This document shows, in pieces, positions 60,959-64,000 of a DNA stretch of 64,000 bases (its first letter is position 1; each line of letters opens with the position of its first letter). A program made the position numbers and the translations under genes. Under the pieces are notes generated by a model. It was not told where the DNA came from. It saw only the letters and a list, made by a program, of their open reading frames with translations, and made no database searches. The stretch is from Chloroflexota bacterium (GTDB taxonomy: Bacteria; Chloroflexota; Dehalococcoidia; Dehalococcoidales; UBA5760), in assembly GCA_015222205.1 (NCBI GenBank), contig JADFUW010000002.1, positions 1,303 to 65,302 on the forward strand. Reading direction: 5' to 3'.

Positions 60959-61453
60959 ATGCCAGCACGGGTAATGCATCGTCTTCCTGATGATTCGGTG
61001 TTGAGGCGGAAGGCCAAGAGGGTACCCACTATAGATAAATCAATCCAGCGTCTGATTGATGATATGTTGGCGACGATGCGTCGAGAGGGGGGTGTGGGAT
61101 TGGCAGCGCCTCAGGTTGGAGTATCCCTGCGGGTTGTAGTGCTCCAAATGCCGGGTGAGGAGCCTGTAGCTATCATCAACCCGGAAATAGTAAAGCGTGC
61201 TGGGGAACGAGAGGTTACGGAGGCCTGCCTGAGCGTGCCTGGCTACGGCGGTGAGATAAAGCGGTCAATTTCGGTTACTGTCAAAGGTCAAGACCGAAAC
61301 GGGAAGACGATTAGAATTAAAGCTGATGGTCTTATGGCTCAAGCTCTGGAGCATGAGATAGACCACCTTGACGGTGTGCTTTACATCGACCATATAGAAA
61401 GTCAGGATAAGCTGCACAAGATTGAGACTGAAACTGGGGCTGAGGGGATGTAA
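60959..61453 (+). CDS. def: peptide deformylase
   Basis: 164 aa. GVGLAAPQVG, EACLSVPG and HEIDHLDG are the three Def motifs. Confidence 0.96.
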   Translation: MPARVMHRLPDDSVLRRKAKRVPTIDKSIQRLIDDMLATMRREGGVGLAAPQVGVSLRVVVLQMPGEEPVAIINPEIVKRAGEREVTEACLSVPGYGGEIKRSISVTVKGQDRNGKTIRIKADGLMAQALEHEIDHLDGVLYIDHIESQDKLHKIETETGAEGM

Positions 61454-61508
61454 GACTATCGCTGGTTTAATATCGCTTGGCTAGCTTGACCTCGGTTCTT
61501 TTAATCTT

Positions 61509-62204
61509 ATGATTAATCCATGTTTTAATGTGGGAGTTACTGGTAGAGCAGTGAAAACCCTTCTTCAGTGTGATTTTGATGGTACTATTACTCAGGAGGA
61601 TGCCAGCTTTTTGATACTGGATGTCTTTGGCAGTAAGGACTGGAGGCAACTGTTTCAAGAGTATGTAGAGGGTAAAATATCTGTCGGTCGCTTTAATATG
61701 ACAGCTTTTGCTAGGGTTAAAGCCGATGAGCCGACCTTAATCAAACTTGTGCAAGATAGGGTAAAGATACGGCCTGGATTGCATAATTTACTGGCGTGTT
61801 GTGATAGGCTGGGCTTTGAGTTTGTCATTGTCAGCAACGGTCTGGACTTCTATATCCAGGCGATTTTAAGAGATATGGGCATAAGTGGTATTAAAGTATT
61901 TGCCGCCAGAACCCGATTTGGTCCTGATGGTATTGAGGCCCGTTATCTAGGACCTGAAGGCAATATTATAGAGGACGGCTTCAAGGAGTCGCATCTCAGG
62001 TTATTTCAGAGTAAGGGTTATCGCATAATATATATCGGTAATGGTGTCTCCGATGTCTCCCCGGCAAGGCAGGCCTATGGCGTTTTTGCTACTGGCGACC
62101 TGCTAGCCTGCTGTAGCGAGATGGGCATTAATTGTATGCCCTTCAATGACTTTAATGATATAGTTAAGGACTTACCATCTCTCCTACAAGTTAAAAACCC
62201 TTAG
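61509..62204 (+). CDS. HAD-superfamily phosphatase (MtnX / phosphoserine-phosphatase-like subfamily IB)
   Basis: CDFDGTIT (motif I), SNG, and GNGVSD (motif IV). The start is uncertain (possible GTG ~61551). Confidence 0.75.
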   Translation: MINPCFNVGVTGRAVKTLLQCDFDGTITQEDASFLILDVFGSKDWRQLFQEYVEGKISVGRFNMTAFARVKADEPTLIKLVQDRVKIRPGLHNLLACCDRLGFEFVIVSNGLDFYIQAILRDMGISGIKVFAARTRFGPDGIEARYLGPEGNIIEDGFKESHLRLFQSKGYRIIYIGNGVSDVSPARQAYGVFATGDLLACCSEMGINCMPFNDFNDIVKDLPSLLQVKNP

Positions 62205-62258
62205 ATAACATAACAGAAGGGTTAATCCTTCGCCATAGCCCGGCATTATTTGCGGCGG

Positions 62259-62678
62259 TTAAACAGGTGAGATGCAATCCTGCTTGTCGCCAACACAATC
62301 AATGCAACATAGAAAGATAACTGGCTCAGAGTCACTGAGATTTTTTATAGCGTGAGGCTCAAAGGAGTAGGTGTAGCCGAAATCGCCTGGGTTAACCGCT
62401 TTTTCTTCCAGCTTCCCATCCTTAGTTAAGCAGCTGCAGACAGCCTTTCCGCTTACCACATACATAATTTGCGTATATCTATGGCTGTGCATGGGAATCT
62501 CACCCCCGGGGCCGATGGTGAAATGCCTCAGGGCATGGTTGTGCTGGTATTCATCGCCACCCAGGTCTTTGTGAGTTAACCACCTCACCAGGGTGTTCTT
62601 AACTTCGTAAATCCTATCCTCATACTTGAGTTCTTTTATCTGGGTCGGTGTGACATCTTTGGTGTGCTTACAAATCAT
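62259..62678 (-). CDS. cupin domain protein
   Basis: 139 aa. G.EIPMHSH......YVVSG and PGDF......PHA are cupin motifs 1 and 2. Confidence 0.8.
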   Translation of the reverse strand: MICKHTKDVTPTQIKELKYEDRIYEVKNTLVRWLTHKDLGGDEYQHNHALRHFTIGPGGEIPMHSHRYTQIMYVVSGKAVCSCLTKDGKLEEKAVNPGDFGYTYSFEPHAIKNLSDSEPVIFLCCIDCVGDKQDCISPV

Positions 62679-62761
62679 TTTTCCCTCCGAGTGTATTTAT
62701 ATTTTCCCTAGCCTATGCAATGCTATTTTAAGGGGCTAAATAGAAAGGGCAGGCAAATGGG

Positions 62762-63445
62762 TTATTGTGGCGTAGCTTGGCTACTTGTGTAATCCCGTTC
62801 CCCAAATAATTTAGTCCCTATTCTTACCATATTGGTTCCTTCCTCTATGGCAATTTTGTAGGAATTTGTCATGCCCATGGAGAGGTATCGCATCTCAACA
62901 CTGGGTAGATTGAGTTTCCTGATTTTTTCAAAGAGCTTTTTCGTTTCCACAAAATAGGGCCTTGAATCTTCGGGGTTGCCCCCAAAAGGTCCCATAGTCA
63001 TAAGCCCCATTATCCTTATGTTTTGATAGGTTGAAACTTCTTCTATCAGCTCTCCTGCCTTTTCGGGGAAGACGCCTGACTTCTGGTCTTCCCGACCGCT
63101 GTTTATCTCGATTAATATCGGCATAATTTTGCCAATTTGGGTGCATCTTTTGTCGATTTCTCTGGCTATTTCTACGGAGTCAACGGTTTCTACCATGTCA
63201 AATAGTCCTACTGCCTTCTTTACCTTATTCTTTTGTAGGTGTCCGATAAAGTGCCATCTTGCCTTATTACCGATTGCTTGATAGGCTCTTTCTGCCTCCT
63301 GAACATAGTTTTCACCGATAATTTTCACTCCGGCATCAACGGCCTCTAGGATTTCTTCGGGTTGCCTTGTCTTAGCGGCGGCTACCAGTTCAACACCATC
63401 CGGTAGCTCACTTAAGATTAGCTTGACATTTTCTCTAATCGTCAT
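62762..63445 (-). CDS. yggS: YggS-family pyridoxal-phosphate homeostasis protein
   Basis: 227 aa. LVAAAKTR, GENYVQE, WHFIGHLQKNKVK and LSMGM are YggS/PROSC motifs. Confidence 0.92.
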   Translation of the reverse strand: MTIRENVKLILSELPDGVELVAAAKTRQPEEILEAVDAGVKIIGENYVQEAERAYQAIGNKARWHFIGHLQKNKVKKAVGLFDMVETVDSVEIAREIDKRCTQIGKIMPILIEINSGREDQKSGVFPEKAGELIEEVSTYQNIRIMGLMTMGPFGGNPEDSRPYFVETKKLFEKIRKLNLPSVEMRYLSMGMTNSYKIAIEEGTNMVRIGTKLFGERDYTSSQATPQ

Positions 63446-63468
63446 GGGCTTCTACCTCGCTTACACTT

Positions 63469-64000
63469 TTATAGCTCAAAGATGGCTCCAGCACCGCAAT
63501 CCCAACATCTGTCTGGGAATAGGTGCTTAATCGCTGACTTATACTGGGTGCAATGACAGGGGCAAATCAGAGATAACGGCTCTAGCCTGTCAAGCTTATG
63601 AAAGCCGTGAAATCCACCAATGATACCGTATACTTTACCAAATCTGGCGGCGGTGTCAAGGATATTGCCGACACCGGGGTGCGAACAGCCGACTATTACC
63701 AGCAGGCCTTTATCAGTATTAATTACCAGGGATTGCTCAATACCCCCAATTTCACCGGTGGTAAAAATATTATGGCGAATCTCAAAGGGTTCTTTAACCT
63801 TGGTTACCAGCTTGGTGGAAACCTCCCCCCTGAACGACTGTGGCAGATAAAGCTCAGCATCAGGATTGGCTTCCATAATATCGTGAAGACCACCGGTATG
63901 GTCGCCGTGAGGATGTGAGATTACGACGATGCCAATGTCACTTGGGTTAATCTTTAGCTCTTTCAGGTTGTGTAGCAGTATCGAGCCGCTAGCCCCGGTA
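63469..64000 (-). CDS. MBL-fold metallo-hydrolase, N-terminus cut by window edge
   Basis: The track ORF starts at an internal Met (63876). Hand translation continues open to the window end and contains the metallo-beta-lactamase motif HPHGDHTGG. Confidence 0.8.
   Translation of the reverse strand, partial: TGASGSILLHNLKELKINPSDIGIVVISHPHGDHTGGLHDIMEANPDAELYLPQSFRGEVSTKLVTKVKEPFEIRHNIFTTGEIGGIEQSLVINTDKGLLVIVGCSHPGVGNILDTAARFGKVYGIIGGFHGFHKLDRLEPLSLICPCHCTQYKSAIKHLFPDRCWDCGAGAIFEL

Noticed and set aside
60444-60968. Track ORFs 60444-60740, 60625-60915 and 60744-60968
   Set aside because: They overlap the tRNA-Pro gene and each other in a non-coding AT-rich region. They have no SD and no recognisable protein features.

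Overview
This 64-kb chromosomal window has mid-range G+C by eye and is mostly housekeeping genes. The yloV-recG, PSP1-holB and rplI-dnaB-dnaD-dnaC gene orders, the ssrA/smpB pair, a secretin-less type IV pilus locus and a tmRNA tag ending ...GEPEFALAA suggest a monoderm, Chloroflexota/Dehalococcoidia-like organism. That assignment is inference only.

Confident content:
- DNA repair and replication: mutS, recG (interrupted by a frameshift in a G4 run), holB, and an rplI-dnaB-DnaD-like-tandem DnaC-like-HNH operon.
- Arginine operon: argJ-argB-argD-(alpha/beta hydrolase)-argG-argH.
- Translation and RNA genes: rpmB, argS, trpS, gatC-gatA, def, tmRNA plus smpB, tRNA-Pro(GGG).
- Metabolism: pyk, rpe, hisF, lysA, and a run of nadB, two-subunit class I fumarate hydratase, malic enzyme and a carboxyltransferase.
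- 50.1-60.3 kb: a type IV pilus locus (HTH, atypical LuxR regulator, PilB, PilC, three pilin-like proteins, PilO-like, PilM/N fusion, PilT), preceded by a large IPT-repeat surface protein.

No transposase, integrase, CRISPR array, rRNA or prophage genes were seen.

Most interesting signals:
1. Short 3'-terminal fragments of three housekeeping genes (mutS, gatA, trxB) sit next to accessory or AT-rich DNA. Two are second copies that differ from the resident gene end almost only at silent sites. This is the footprint of insertion at gene termini with an imported replacement end.
2. A dispersed composite palindromic repeat family has four clear copies in the first 26 kb, in both orientations, with compensatory arm changes.
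3. An AT-rich islet between mutS and pyk encodes a 395-aa protein whose N-terminus looks like a TIR-like (Cap12 / N-deoxyribosyltransferase-type) Rossmannoid domain fused to a coiled coil. It is a candidate conflict or defence protein.
4. The pilus locus has three odd features: PilB carries two tandem degenerate restriction-endonuclease-like modules, both pilin-like proteins have Gly instead of Glu at +5, and the regulator lacks the phospho-acceptor Asp.
5. The DnaC-like helicase loader is an internal tandem duplication with a zinc ribbon and a 33-nt perfectly identical Walker-A segment.

All family assignments come from reading the translations. No database search was possible.
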